Source: a virus
Virus record (IMG/VR): IMGVR_UViG_3300042731_002679
Location: 4,304 to 68,303 of that record
Length of the DNA stretch: 64,000 nt
Strand: one strand, 5' to 3'
The position numbers and the translations under genes were made by a program. Shown here piece after piece: positions 45,333 to 55,097 of the stretch. Each line of letters starts with the position of its first letter. The first letter of the stretch is position 1. Below the pieces are notes generated by a model. That model saw only the letters and a list, made by a program, of their open reading frames with translations. It ran no database searches and was not told the origin of the DNA.

Positions 45333-46925
45333 TCAGCACTCCGTACCCGTGAACACCGTGGAGTCGGAGCCAGAGCCAGCGCAAAGGATCGTCAGCGTCT
45401 TCTTCGTCTGCGTTAGGACGCCAGCGCTGTAGCTCACGTCGGTCACAACGGATTGCGTGACGGTTGGCAGGGCTATCGTCACGACCTTGCCGGCCACCGT
45501 GACGGTGAGCCAAGTGCTATCGAAGATGATGTCGGTAACGTCCGTGGTCTCCACGTCCGAAGCCGAGCCGCTGCACCCGCTGCGGGTCGCACTGCCGGTC
45601 ACGTCAAGGTCGCCAACGCCCGAACTCTCGTAGGGTCCGATCAGCACGTAGCCACCGCTGTCGCTATCGTATGTTGCCGGGCACTCGCCGCTGCTGTCCT
45701 TCGAGCATCCGAACGGGTTGCCAACCGAAGTAACGGCACCGGGGGACAAGTCGCCCGCCCGGTTCATCTTCGTCGGCCCGCTGCACCCCACCGGGTCGTC
45801 GTTGTACTCGAATGGCCCGGCCGTGACATAGATTAACTGCGGGTACTGCTGACACGTCACGACGACGTACTTCTGGTCGTCGTCGTTCCAGCACGCCAAT
45901 CCCTTGCCGCCCTGCTTGCCGCGCGGCCACAGGCCAACCGTGTCGTGGACTTTGAAGCCACCTTCTCCCCAGTCGATGTCGTCGGGGTCGTGCCCGTCCC
46001 AGAAGTCCTGGACCGTCGCCGTGGCCTCGTTGGGGTTCGTGTTCCCCATGTCTTCGTCAAGGTAGAACAGCACCCAGCGGGCTAGGTTCTCCATCACCAG
46101 GATTTCCCAGTGCTCGCTGTCGGGCCACTTGCGGGCCACCCCGAAGAACGGCGTCGATTCCGCCTCGCTTGTCGGCTTCGAGTAGATGTTCAGCGTCTCG
46201 TAGATGCTGAACGTCGTTGAGCCACATTCCCATTGGCCGTAACCGTCGCAAGCCTCGTCGTTCCACTCTTTCAGGTAGGCCGTGGCCGGGTCGTCGCAGT
46301 TCAGCTTCGTCACTTCGTCGTAGACGCAGAAGTAACGATAGTCCGGGTCGGTCGTCTCGCTGGCCGGCGGCGGCGGGTTGCTCAACCGCAGCCGAGCCCA
46401 CACGTAGCCGGTCCCTGACTCTTTCCAGAGAATGTGGGCGTTGCCCCGCTCCGCAGAAACAAGGTGCTGCGTGTCCGTGTCAGCGTCCACGTCGCAGTAG
46501 TCGTGGTTCTCATCTTGGACGTAGATGTATGCCGAGCACTCCCCCGAGACCACCACGCGGCCGTCACAGCCCTGCCCAATCCCCTCGTCGATGATGACCC
46601 CGTACTTGGAGACCAGATCAGAACTTCCCTCAGACCCGCTGTAGGCGGCTTCGGCTTGGAACCGCTTCAAGCCCTGGGTCGGAGTGTACCCGTCACTCAG
46701 ATTGTCCAAGCAAAGGTATTGGCCGTGCGTAAGGTTGGCACTGCTGTTGTTGCGGACCCACACAATGCGATGGTCGATAGGCTGAGGAGCGCTGGCGTCC
46801 GTGGCAGAATCCAACGAGTGATTGTGGCCGATGGTCGTGCGCCCCAGGAGTTCGCGCAGAATGTTCTCCTCTTCGGCGCTAATGACATCGCCAGGAGACA
46901 CGCGGCCTAAGTGATCGGGGATCAT
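45333..46925 (-). CDS. putative tail protein
   Basis: PGD.ISA N-terminus, ILWKE.GTG..WA; position in tail cluster. Confidence 0.55.
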   Translation of the reverse strand: MIPDHLGRVSPGDVISAEEENILRELLGRTTIGHNHSLDSATDASAPQPIDHRIVWVRNNSSANLTHGQYLCLDNLSDGYTPTQGLKRFQAEAAYSGSEGSSDLVSKYGVIIDEGIGQGCDGRVVVSGECSAYIYVQDENHDYCDVDADTDTQHLVSAERGNAHILWKESGTGYVWARLRLSNPPPPASETTDPDYRYFCVYDEVTKLNCDDPATAYLKEWNDEACDGYGQWECGSTTFSIYETLNIYSKPTSEAESTPFFGVARKWPDSEHWEILVMENLARWVLFYLDEDMGNTNPNEATATVQDFWDGHDPDDIDWGEGGFKVHDTVGLWPRGKQGGKGLACWNDDDQKYVVVTCQQYPQLIYVTAGPFEYNDDPVGCSGPTKMNRAGDLSPGAVTSVGNPFGCSKDSSGECPATYDSDSGGYVLIGPYESSGVGDLDVTGSATRSGCSGSASDVETTDVTDIIFDSTWLTVTVAGKVVTIALPTVTQSVVTDVSYSAGVLTQTKKTLTILCAGSGSDSTVFTGTEC

Positions 46926-46928
46926 CGA

Positions 46929-47708
46929 CTAGAACACCGTCTTGGGGAACATGAGCAGTTGCCGGCCGCCAGGGTCCTTGATAAAGCAGTCGTCGTAGCC
47001 GCCGAACACGCCCTTATCGAGCCGCCACACCTTGTTCCAGCCGTCGTACTTGTAAAGGAACCGGCGGCTGATTGACCACTTCTGCGAACCACCGGCAGAT
47101 ACGCGACGGCGAAGCGTGCAACCGCCGTAAAGCAGCGTCTCGGCACCAAAGATGCGATTGAAGGTGTAGCACGCCACTGCATTGGCGTTGATGTATCCAA
47201 CAAAACTCAGCGTGTCGGCCGGGGGCGTGGTCAACTGGGTGAACTTCTGGACGTAGACGATTCCGTAGTAGGTGCCCGTGGGGGCCTCGTTGGGACGAAG
47301 CCCCTGACCATTCACGCCATCCCATGCCAGCTTCGTCCAGTCGGCCTGGTGCCGTTCCTGCCAGGGCTCGAACCACTCTTCGACGTAGTTGCCGTTTACA
47401 TAGGTCGGTCCCTTCGTCGTATACCGTACCGTCAGCAAGGCGTGCTGGTAACTGGCGCGCGGGTCAAGAGTCGTCCCCGCCTGGGTGATCCGGGCAGGGA
47501 ACGGGCGGCTCTCGATGTCGAAGGCCAAAGCATCCGAACTGCCACCAGGGTACGGCCACACGTTGTTCGGATACGTGTCGAGTTCCTGGGCAAGCGTGGC
47601 CTGATCGTCCCAGGCGCAGAGCAGCTTCCGTTCGCCGTAGAACTCGCCCTGGCGCCAGCGCCAACGAGGCCAACCGTGCCATTCGGAATGTTCGATCGTG
47701 AACGCCAT
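46929..47708 (-). CDS. putative tail hub / distal tail protein
   Basis: VG.IN...F.AETLLY.G...F.Y...GWN pattern; position. Confidence 0.5.
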   Translation of the reverse strand: MAFTIEHSEWHGWPRWRWRQGEFYGERKLLCAWDDQATLAQELDTYPNNVWPYPGGSSDALAFDIESRPFPARITQAGTTLDPRASYQHALLTVRYTTKGPTYVNGNYVEEWFEPWQERHQADWTKLAWDGVNGQGLRPNEAPTGTYYGIVYVQKFTQLTTPPADTLSFVGYINANAVACYTFNRIFGAETLLYGGCTLRRRVSAGGSQKWSISRRFLYKYDGWNKVWRLDKGVFGGYDDCFIKDPGGRQLLMFPKTVF

Positions 47709-47723
47709 GCTTCCCTCGCTCGG

Positions 47724-48215
47724 CTATGGGCCGTAAGTTCCGGCCTGCTGTTCATCAAGCTTGTCGCTGATCTCTTGCAAGAGGTCGCGAATCTCGGTGA
47801 CGATCCCCACAAGTTGCGAGGCTCCGTCACCGCCGAGATCGCCGCCGGGAGTGGAGGGGGGTTCGGGCGCTTGCGGAACGACCTGGATGCCAGTGTCCGC
47901 GAAGGTGTTGAAGAGAGGGTCTTGCGGGCTGGCGGCCTGTGGAGGAGGACCGGGGATGCGCTGGTACTGCGGACCCGGCTGCGGTGGAGGTTGGGAAGGC
48001 TCAGGTGGAGGGGCCTCCATGCCCGGCTCCACCAGATCGTCTGCGGTCAGGTCGGTATCTGCCGGCGTGGGCAGTTTGAACGGGCTGTCCGGGTGCATCC
48101 CGATGCCCTGGGGAATCTCCGGCGGGATCGGACCTTCGACCTCGGCCGGCTCGGGGGCTTCCACCTTGTCGGCGTAGTCCCGCGGAATCGCGTTTTCTGG
48201 GCGTTGTTCGTCCAT
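47724..48215 (-). CDS. Pro-rich acidic protein
   Basis: ORF track; low complexity with short C-terminal helix. Confidence 0.6.
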   Translation of the reverse strand: MDEQRPENAIPRDYADKVEAPEPAEVEGPIPPEIPQGIGMHPDSPFKLPTPADTDLTADDLVEPGMEAPPPEPSQPPPQPGPQYQRIPGPPPQAASPQDPLFNTFADTGIQVVPQAPEPPSTPGGDLGGDGASQLVGIVTEIRDLLQEISDKLDEQQAGTYGP

Positions 48216-48218
48216 TGC

Positions 48219-49040
48219 TTAGGTCCCCGATCCGCCCCACCACTGCTCGCCATCGGGGGCGGTGATGAAGCCTACGTTGCCGTCGCTGTCCACTTGGGTC
48301 CACCGACCGGCGATCGACACGGCGTTGCCGACCGCATGGCCCTGCTGGTTCCCGCCGGGAACGATTGTCGGAGGCGACTTCTCGATGAAGCCGTACTCGA
48401 TGCTGAAATACTTCGTCTTGTCCCGCCGGGTGTAGAACGCCAGCTTCTTGTACTCGCCACGTCTGGGGTACTCTGCCGGATCGGCGAAGTAGGCGTCGAA
48501 GCTGAACTGCACCCGGCTGTTGCCCCTGGCTCGCGCCGTGAACCCTTGCGTGTCCGTGTCGTTGTACGCTGCGTTGAGGTCCAGCAGCAGCAGGCGGTAG
48601 TTGCGAACCGAGTAGTCCACCCCGTCGATGCTGATGCCGATGGCCCGCGCAGCAACCGGCGAAGGAGTCCCGCTGTCCGTGACCGAGGTGGTCCCCACCG
48701 TCAACTCCCCGTTGCCCGAGAAGTAGTAGAAGTGGTACAGCAGGTTGGCGTCTTCCACGTCGGCGCGGATGTCCACCGCATCGACGATCGCCGGCCCCGA
48801 CAGCGACTTGCCGCTGCGAGTCGCCCCCGTGAACGTGAAGGTCTCGCCCGGCAGCTTCACCGGCTCCGCACCGTAGGCGCGTGCCCGAACGTGCCAGTCG
48901 TAGTTCCCGCCGTCGACGAACTCCCCGCCGTCGCCCGAAGAACAGAACCCCGAAGCGGCCACCTGTTCGTCGGGGATGGAAAAGTAGTCGATGCAGGAAA
49001 TGCCGTCAATTGCGGCTTGGCGTCCAGTTTCAAACCCCAT
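48219..49040 (-). CDS. putative tail tube-like protein
   Basis: GGAGG SD; beta-rich, F.GNG.LT; follows terminator-like gene. Confidence 0.45.
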   Translation of the reverse strand: MGFETGRQAAIDGISCIDYFSIPDEQVAASGFCSSGDGGEFVDGGNYDWHVRARAYGAEPVKLPGETFTFTGATRSGKSLSGPAIVDAVDIRADVEDANLLYHFYYFSGNGELTVGTTSVTDSGTPSPVAARAIGISIDGVDYSVRNYRLLLLDLNAAYNDTDTQGFTARARGNSRVQFSFDAYFADPAEYPRRGEYKKLAFYTRRDKTKYFSIEYGFIEKSPPTIVPGGNQQGHAVGNAVSIAGRWTQVDSDGNVGFITAPDGEQWWGGSGT

Positions 49041-49041
49041 C

Positions 49042-49554
49042 TTATGTGCCTCCTTCGGCGGCGTAGATCATGTCGTTGATGAGCCACTGGCAGAGGGCTT
49101 CACCCCTCCAAACCGTAGCCCACGACTTCAAGCCGCGTGTCTGGTCGTTGCTCAGTGTCGTGTCGGAGGGGATGCACCGCACGTCCTTGACCATGTCGGG
49201 CTCGTTGAAGAAAGCCAGGTCGGTCAGGTAGTCGGCCCAGTTTTCCAGTGCGCACTGGACGTACCAGGACACGTCGGCCATTTCGTCTTCCTGCTGGTCG
49301 GCGGTTGCCACCTGGATGGCAATCTGAAACCAGGCCCGCGTGTGCGAACTGTCGTCGGCGACGTGGTTGCGGATTCCGGTAAACACAACTCTCGTGGAGG
49401 GGAAGTTGGAGTCCATGCCCCCGAACAGTTCGGGCTGGTCGATCCCGCTGTACTCCTTGATGCGGTTGCCTTCTTTCACGGCAGCCGCAAACGAGGGATG
49501 CCCTTCCAGGCACGCCCACAGAGCGTCATGCACCAATCGTTGCGGTGTGGTCAT
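49042..49554 (-). CDS. putative tail terminator / completion protein
   Basis: Size and position after connector gene. Confidence 0.45.
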   Translation of the reverse strand: MTTPQRLVHDALWACLEGHPSFAAAVKEGNRIKEYSGIDQPELFGGMDSNFPSTRVVFTGIRNHVADDSSHTRAWFQIAIQVATADQQEDEMADVSWYVQCALENWADYLTDLAFFNEPDMVKDVRCIPSDTTLSNDQTRGLKSWATVWRGEALCQWLINDMIYAAEGGT

Positions 49555-49937
49555 TACAGGATCGCGTTGAGCTTGATCGAACCGTCTTGAATCCTACGGA
49601 GGGTCTCGTAACAGCGCTGCCTCCGGGCCGAGTAGATGTGGCCATGCTCGGGGCCGACCGCCTTGGGGCCGGTCGCCTCGAACAGCCACACCGACACGAG
49701 TTCCGCACACAGCCACTTGATCGAGGTCGGCGTATCGCCATCCGGGTCTTGGAGGGGAATGAAGTACGCGGACGCGCCCCTGGCGTAGTTGTCGATCTCC
49801 TCGGTGGCCCACTCGATGCCCCGATTCACCTGGGTCGTCACGTCGGCCGCCAAGCCGGTCTTGTTGAGGTCGGCGTACTGGGCGACGTTGTTTACGCCCG
49901 TCACCGCTTCCACGTCTGCTTGTTCGCAATAGCTCAT
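49554..49937 (-). CDS. head-tail connector (Mu gp36/DUF1320-like)
   Basis: MSYC...DV, A...ID.Y....Y.IPL, L..I..G.I.L. Confidence 0.7.
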   Translation of the reverse strand: MSYCEQADVEAVTGVNNVAQYADLNKTGLAADVTTQVNRGIEWATEEIDNYARGASAYFIPLQDPDGDTPTSIKWLCAELVSVWLFEATGPKAVGPEHGHIYSARRQRCYETLRRIQDGSIKLNAIL

Positions 49938-49940
49938 GGC

Positions 49941-51143
49941 TTACTCCACGACGTAACGGTCGGCGAGCCGGGTAGGCGTCCTGCTTCGCCGGCCCATGAT
50001 TCGGTCAGGTTGTTCCACCGCATCGTCGCCCTTGGCCTTGTTGATCGCCACCATGTAGGCCCGCTCGTGTTCGCGAACCGTTTTCAGCCCCCGCGCCCGG
50101 GCCAAGTGCAGTTCCGCGCACCTCCGCAGGGCGTTCCAGGCACAGCGGCCGACACTCAGGGGATCAGAGATTCGGTAGCCCACGTCAGTCGCCGTCGTGC
50201 CGGAGACCGCCAGGGTGAGGGTGGTCGCGTCCGTGACACTGGAGATCAGCCGTTCTTCGGCGAACAGGTTGTCCGTCATGCCGGCCACACCATCGGGAGG
50301 CGCCGAGGTCGACGACACGCGGAGGATCGAACCCGCCATTGCCGAAGTGAACGCCGTGTCGGTGCCCGTGACTGTCGTGCCAGAGACGCTGATCGTTCCG
50401 GCCCGGTGGGCTGAACCGACCCCGGTGATCGCCACGTCACGGGGACGCTTGCTGTAGGGGAGGTCGATCCGGGTCGCCGAGGTCAGCGCCGGGTAAACGT
50501 AGAGCGCATGACCGCCGTTCGGGTTCAAGCCGATGCACCAGTAGCGGAAGTCGCCGGTCGTCTGGTCCGATTGATGGATGTACGGAAACTGCGAGAACGG
50601 AAGATGTCGCCCCAGCCGGCTCAGGTCTTCGGCTGTTGGGTCCTTGGTGTCCATGAAATCCTGCGGCAGGGCGTACCAGTGCTTGAACAGCTTGTACGAC
50701 TCGGCGGTCAGGTCGGTCTCCGGGTTGCGGTTGGTTCGCAGCCGCACCGTGGTCGACGACAGCCTCGCCTCGATTTCGCAGATCACGTCGTCAACGTAGA
50801 TCGCCCCGCCCTGGCCATCGGCCCAACTGGGGAAGGTGGCATCGGTAAGCGTGGCGACCCGGGTGGAACTGTTGTACGACAGCGTCCCATCCGTCTGCGT
50901 GGCGTACCCGTAGATACGTTCGACACCGCGGAGAAACGACCAGTCGTGGGCCTGAATGACTTCCTCGTATGCCGAGACCACCGCACCGCGGATCACGGCG
51001 GTTGGTGCCCCAACATTGGAGCCCTGCGAAAAGTTGAACAGGTGCTCGTAGAGGTCAGAGTACGTCAGCCACGGGGCTGCGGAGGTGCTGTCTGCCAGTG
51101 GGGAGGATACAGCGGACCCTTCGTTGATGATTGTTTCGCCCAT
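49941..51143 (-). CDS. head-tail adaptor-like virion protein
   Basis: TY.DL, HDWSFL, YALP.DF, ..YP; GTISVSGTTVTG insert. Confidence 0.6.
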   Translation of the reverse strand: MGETIINEGSAVSSPLADSTSAAPWLTYSDLYEHLFNFSQGSNVGAPTAVIRGAVVSAYEEVIQAHDWSFLRGVERIYGYATQTDGTLSYNSSTRVATLTDATFPSWADGQGGAIYVDDVICEIEARLSSTTVRLRTNRNPETDLTAESYKLFKHWYALPQDFMDTKDPTAEDLSRLGRHLPFSQFPYIHQSDQTTGDFRYWCIGLNPNGGHALYVYPALTSATRIDLPYSKRPRDVAITGVGSAHRAGTISVSGTTVTGTDTAFTSAMAGSILRVSSTSAPPDGVAGMTDNLFAEERLISSVTDATTLTLAVSGTTATDVGYRISDPLSVGRCAWNALRRCAELHLARARGLKTVREHERAYMVAINKAKGDDAVEQPDRIMGRRSRTPTRLADRYVVE

Positions 51144-51149
51144 CGGTGA

Positions 51150-52949
51150 CTACTCCGTAACCGTGAAGGACTGCGGGTTGGTGAAGTTGTAGCCGCCAAG
51201 TTGGCGCCAGGCGTAGTACGTTCCCGCATCGAGCATGAAGTCCACCTCGCCGGCACTGTCGGTAATCAGGGTTCCGGCAATGACGTTGGCGCCATCTTCG
51301 TCCGTCGTGACCCAAACTTCCACGCCCTCAATCGGCGTGCCCGCCACCTGGCACTCGATCGTCCAGGCAATTGCCCCCGACCCAGCCTCGCCCCCGACCA
51401 GGGCCAGCACTTCGCTGATCGCCTCGGTCGAGTCGGCCGCCGGGCTGAACGTACCGCCCACGTCGCTGGGGGTGTCGGCAGTCTTCGACAGCAGGGCTTT
51501 GAAGAAGCCAAGCACCGTGTTGACGCCGGAGCCAGTAAAGGCGCCGAGGCGGGAGAGAATGGTCGTCTGGTTGGCTGCCGTAGCCAACCCGCTCACGTCA
51601 GCCTTGTAGGTCGCTGCTGCGTCCGAGTGCGCCAGTGTCCCCGACACGTTCAGCTTGTCGAGGTAAGCAGCACGCACCGCCGATAGTCTGGTTTCCAACT
51701 CGTCGACATAGGCGAGGATCGTCACCTGATTGGCGGCTGTGGCGTCCCCGCCACCGCCACCAGGGGCAGCCGCCAGGGCTTCCGCCGTGAAGTCGTAGAC
51801 CGCACCGTCCTGAACCAGGGCCGTGTCGAGCTTATCCGTGACCTCCTTGATCGCGTCAATGAGAGCATCAACAGCAGCCAGCGCGGCGGTGGTCGCCAGG
51901 GCCGACACATCTGCCTTGCTGGCCGTGCGGCTGGCGGCATCGGTCGTGACTTCCGGCAGGCTGGTGAACGTCGAGCCGTCCAGGGTTGCGGGCAGGCAGT
52001 CGACGTAGCCGTTGATCGTTGACAGCGTGGCGGGCAGCGTGGTCCCGGTGTCTTCAACAATCGCTGCTAACTGAGTCGAATTGGAATCCATTTCCGTGCG
52101 GATTTGTTCGACGGTAGGAGGCGTGGTGGTATTCCAGTCCCCCTTGCCGTTCAGCGACGATGCCGCAAACGTAGCCGCAACCAAAGCCCCGGCCGCAAAC
52201 GCATCGGCCGTGAATGCCCCGGTGTTGATGCTGGCCGCGGTGATGATGTCCGCCGGCAGCGTCACGCCATCCAGTCCGTCCGCTGCGAGTGAGTAGCCGG
52301 TTTTGGCCGTTACGCTGGCCGCCACCACCTGCCCGCTAAACGGGTCGGCGGCCGTTGTGCCGACGAAATCCTGGGCGTTCGTGACCCAGGCGTTGCGGTC
52401 GGTGTTGTAGTTGGTGGCGAAGTCGGTAGAAAAGACGATCTCGGCATTATCGGCGGAAGTTACGCTGTTGCTGATCGAATAAATATCAACCTGGGGATAA
52501 CCATTGCCGCTAGTGCTGGCGGGCGCACCGTCCCACGCTTTCACGTCGGCGTACCAGCGGTCATTCGTGGCATCGTAGTTGCTCGCAAAGTCCGTATGGA
52601 ACACCACCTCGACGTTGTCGGCCGCCGTGGTCGAGCCGCTGATAGCTCCTACGTCCACCGTTCCGGCCACTGCCGTTGCCGTCGTGACCACCGTAATCGA
52701 AGCCGACGTGCAGGACGCCTTGTAGACCAGCACCATGAACGACGTGTAGTTCGTCTCCGCTTGGGTAGGAGTGTAGTGCCAGATGCCACTCGTGGAGTCG
52801 CAGGCCAGCGTACCGCCACCGGCCCCGGCGGCCCCGCCCTGCGGCATCACCCGCACACTCGCACCGGCCGTCTGGATCGCTCCATCGCTGATCTGGTAAA
52901 TCGCACCGACTGCGATGCGTTCGGGGGATGCAGCGTTCTTGGGGTACAT
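51150..52949 (-). CDS. Ala/Thr/Asp-rich fibre-like virion protein
   Basis: Internal repeats (ADN.E.VF.TDFA.NY x2; ATAANQ x2), C-terminal beta-sandwich (TD..G...F.LD.G.Y). Confidence 0.65.
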   Translation of the reverse strand: MYPKNAASPERIAVGAIYQISDGAIQTAGASVRVMPQGGAAGAGGGTLACDSTSGIWHYTPTQAETNYTSFMVLVYKASCTSASITVVTTATAVAGTVDVGAISGSTTAADNVEVVFHTDFASNYDATNDRWYADVKAWDGAPASTSGNGYPQVDIYSISNSVTSADNAEIVFSTDFATNYNTDRNAWVTNAQDFVGTTAADPFSGQVVAASVTAKTGYSLAADGLDGVTLPADIITAASINTGAFTADAFAAGALVAATFAASSLNGKGDWNTTTPPTVEQIRTEMDSNSTQLAAIVEDTGTTLPATLSTINGYVDCLPATLDGSTFTSLPEVTTDAASRTASKADVSALATTAALAAVDALIDAIKEVTDKLDTALVQDGAVYDFTAEALAAAPGGGGGDATAANQVTILAYVDELETRLSAVRAAYLDKLNVSGTLAHSDAAATYKADVSGLATAANQTTILSRLGAFTGSGVNTVLGFFKALLSKTADTPSDVGGTFSPAADSTEAISEVLALVGGEAGSGAIAWTIECQVAGTPIEGVEVWVTTDEDGANVIAGTLITDSAGEVDFMLDAGTYYAWRQLGGYNFTNPQSFTVTE

Positions 52950-52952
52950 CGT

Positions 52953-54638
52953 TTATGCTCCAATCCCGATACCGGAACCGAGAATGTGTGATCTGCTTGT
53001 CAGTGCCCACCACGGCACGCCGCTCGGCGGTGCTTCCCCCGTCGCCACCGGGAACCACCGCAGCGAGCGGTTGAGGGCGCGCTGGTAGCCGGTGCGGGAG
53101 TCGTCGTAGACCTGGCGGACTTCGGCGGCAGACAATCCGCGATTCCAAAAACGAACGTCGGAAATCTGACCGTCGAGATGCGAAGACAACCCCGCAATAG
53201 CATCAGCGTAGGAACTGGTTGTGTGATTGTATGTATTGCTGCCAAAACTGACACCTGCTGGGCTGTCAAAATGTCCGTTGAGGCTAATTTGGATTGTGTC
53301 GTTACTGTAGTCGAGGATGCCAACGCAATGATTCCACCCATCTGCAACAGTTGTGCCGCTTGATATTGTGGATTGAAAAGCATCACCGTTCTGGCTTCGC
53401 CCCCCAGCTAAAATTTTGGTCCCGCCGGTGACGTTAATCCAGATATTGTTGTTGTTTCCAATAGAACCAGCGAAAAGCACGTTGTCCCAATAACCAGCGT
53501 CTAAGGTGCCGGAGGCATAGTAAAACCAGAGCGAGAAACAACTAGCTGAAGCACCCTGGAGTAGGTTCCCAACGCAGTTTGTTCCCAATGACACATAGTC
53601 ATTGCTGCCGTCGAAGTCCAGAGCGAAGTCGCCCCTGGGAGTCGGCACCCAGTCCGTTGCCGGGTCCATACTGGTGAGCGTGCCGTCATGCTGCTTGGCC
53701 AGGTCACGTGCCAATCCACCTCCGCTGTACGTCGGTAGACCGAGCCACCAGAATTGCAGCCCATCATTCAGCCCCTCCCCCCAGTTGACCGGCTGGGCGG
53801 GGTCAACGGATGCGAGAGACCTACTGGCAGGGAACGGGGCGATACCGACTGTCGCGGCTTCCTCTTCTTCCGCTACTGCTACCGGGAAGTAGGTCAGGCT
53901 GCGGTTTAGCGTGCGGGTGTAGCCGGTGCGGGAGTCTTCGTAGATGTTCCATAGTTCGGCGTCCGACAACGCATGGTCGAAGACACGAACATCATCTACG
54001 AGTCCGTCCCACCAGTTGTAGTTGGTGGACAAAATACGCAGTCGGCCAATCGAAAACAGGTCCGGTGTGGCCGGTGTCAGGTCGGTAGTGGTGCCATTTT
54101 CGATTATGCCATTGACCGCGATTCGCCGCAGAGTCGAGCTATAAAATACGGCGGCAACATGAAACCAGGTATTGGCTACAACGGAGGTTAACGACAAGGC
54201 CGAGCTAACCGAACCACTTGCCCTAACCACTGCGGCAAACTTGTTGCCATTGGTCATCTGCAACTGAAACCCGTTGTTGCTGCCTCCCGCTGACAGCGAG
54301 ACAGCATCACGGTAATTCCCCAGCGACCCCGCCTGGACCCAGGCTGTAATCGTAAACGGCACCGAAACATTGTGAGCATTTCCGCCATCGACGTAATCCG
54401 ACGAACCGTTGAATTCAGCAACCTGCCCACGGTCGCTAGTGACCAGCGTTGCTCCGTAGTTTGTGCCGATATTTCGGGCGGTCAGGTCGCGGCCAATGTT
54501 GCTGCTGGGCAACATTTTGAATTGGGCCTTGAGCCCACTATTCAACGCCTCCCCCCAGTCAACCGGCTGGGCGGGGTTGACGGAGGCGAGGCTGGAAGGC
54601 AGCCATAGCTTTCGAGTTGGAGCGATGATGTTCGCCAT
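52953..54638 (-). CDS. tandem LamG/ConA-like lectin-domain protein (receptor binding)
   Basis: Two F(N/D)G..DYV...W.H....DG...DVR.....LS..E modules. Confidence 0.85.
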   Translation of the reverse strand: MANIIAPTRKLWLPSSLASVNPAQPVDWGEALNSGLKAQFKMLPSSNIGRDLTARNIGTNYGATLVTSDRGQVAEFNGSSDYVDGGNAHNVSVPFTITAWVQAGSLGNYRDAVSLSAGGSNNGFQLQMTNGNKFAAVVRASGSVSSALSLTSVVANTWFHVAAVFYSSTLRRIAVNGIIENGTTTDLTPATPDLFSIGRLRILSTNYNWWDGLVDDVRVFDHALSDAELWNIYEDSRTGYTRTLNRSLTYFPVAVAEEEEAATVGIAPFPASRSLASVDPAQPVNWGEGLNDGLQFWWLGLPTYSGGGLARDLAKQHDGTLTSMDPATDWVPTPRGDFALDFDGSNDYVSLGTNCVGNLLQGASASCFSLWFYYASGTLDAGYWDNVLFAGSIGNNNNIWINVTGGTKILAGGRSQNGDAFQSTISSGTTVADGWNHCVGILDYSNDTIQISLNGHFDSPAGVSFGSNTYNHTTSSYADAIAGLSSHLDGQISDVRFWNRGLSAAEVRQVYDDSRTGYQRALNRSLRWFPVATGEAPPSGVPWWALTSRSHILGSGIGIGA

Positions 54639-54647
54639 CGGGCGATG

Positions 54648-55097
54648 CTAGCTTGCGGGAATAACGGTCTTCGGCGTGGCTTTCAGGTCCCAGCCAGCCG
54701 ACAAGTTCTGGTCGGTGCTGTTCTTGATCGAGAACTGGCAGTCCGCGACAATCGGTATGCCGTCTAACGGATAGCTGGCCGATGCCGATGCCCCCGACGG
54801 AATCTTGAACGACCCGACGTACAGGTGCGGGCAGCTTGCCGACGGCGCAGGGGCATCGTTCGCCCCGTCAATGTTCAGGTCTTGGCGAAACAGATCAACG
54901 GTCGAACCGGCCGCCACCGCCGCACCGAAATCGCAGGTCAAGACGAAGTCGGCCAGCGGGTAGTTGTTGTGCACGCCGCTTTCCAGCGTGTCGTCATCGG
55001 CTGCCACGTAGGCATCCGACGCCGCCGAAGTACCACTGTCTTCCAGCGTCACTTGGGACGCATACTCGTAAATCACACTATTGGTCGTTGCAGCCAT
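54648..55097 (-). CDS. putative virion protein
   Basis: Beta-rich, precedes LamG gene. Confidence 0.65.
   Translation of the reverse strand: MAATTNSVIYEYASQVTLEDSGTSAASDAYVAADDDTLESGVHNNYPLADFVLTCDFGAAVAAGSTVDLFRQDLNIDGANDAPAPSASCPHLYVGSFKIPSGASASASYPLDGIPIVADCQFSIKNSTDQNLSAGWDLKATPKTVIPAS

Noticed and set aside
52953-54638. Diversity-generating retroelement TR/VR pair
   Set aside because: No reverse transcriptase in the window; differences are not adenine-restricted and both copies are in-frame coding
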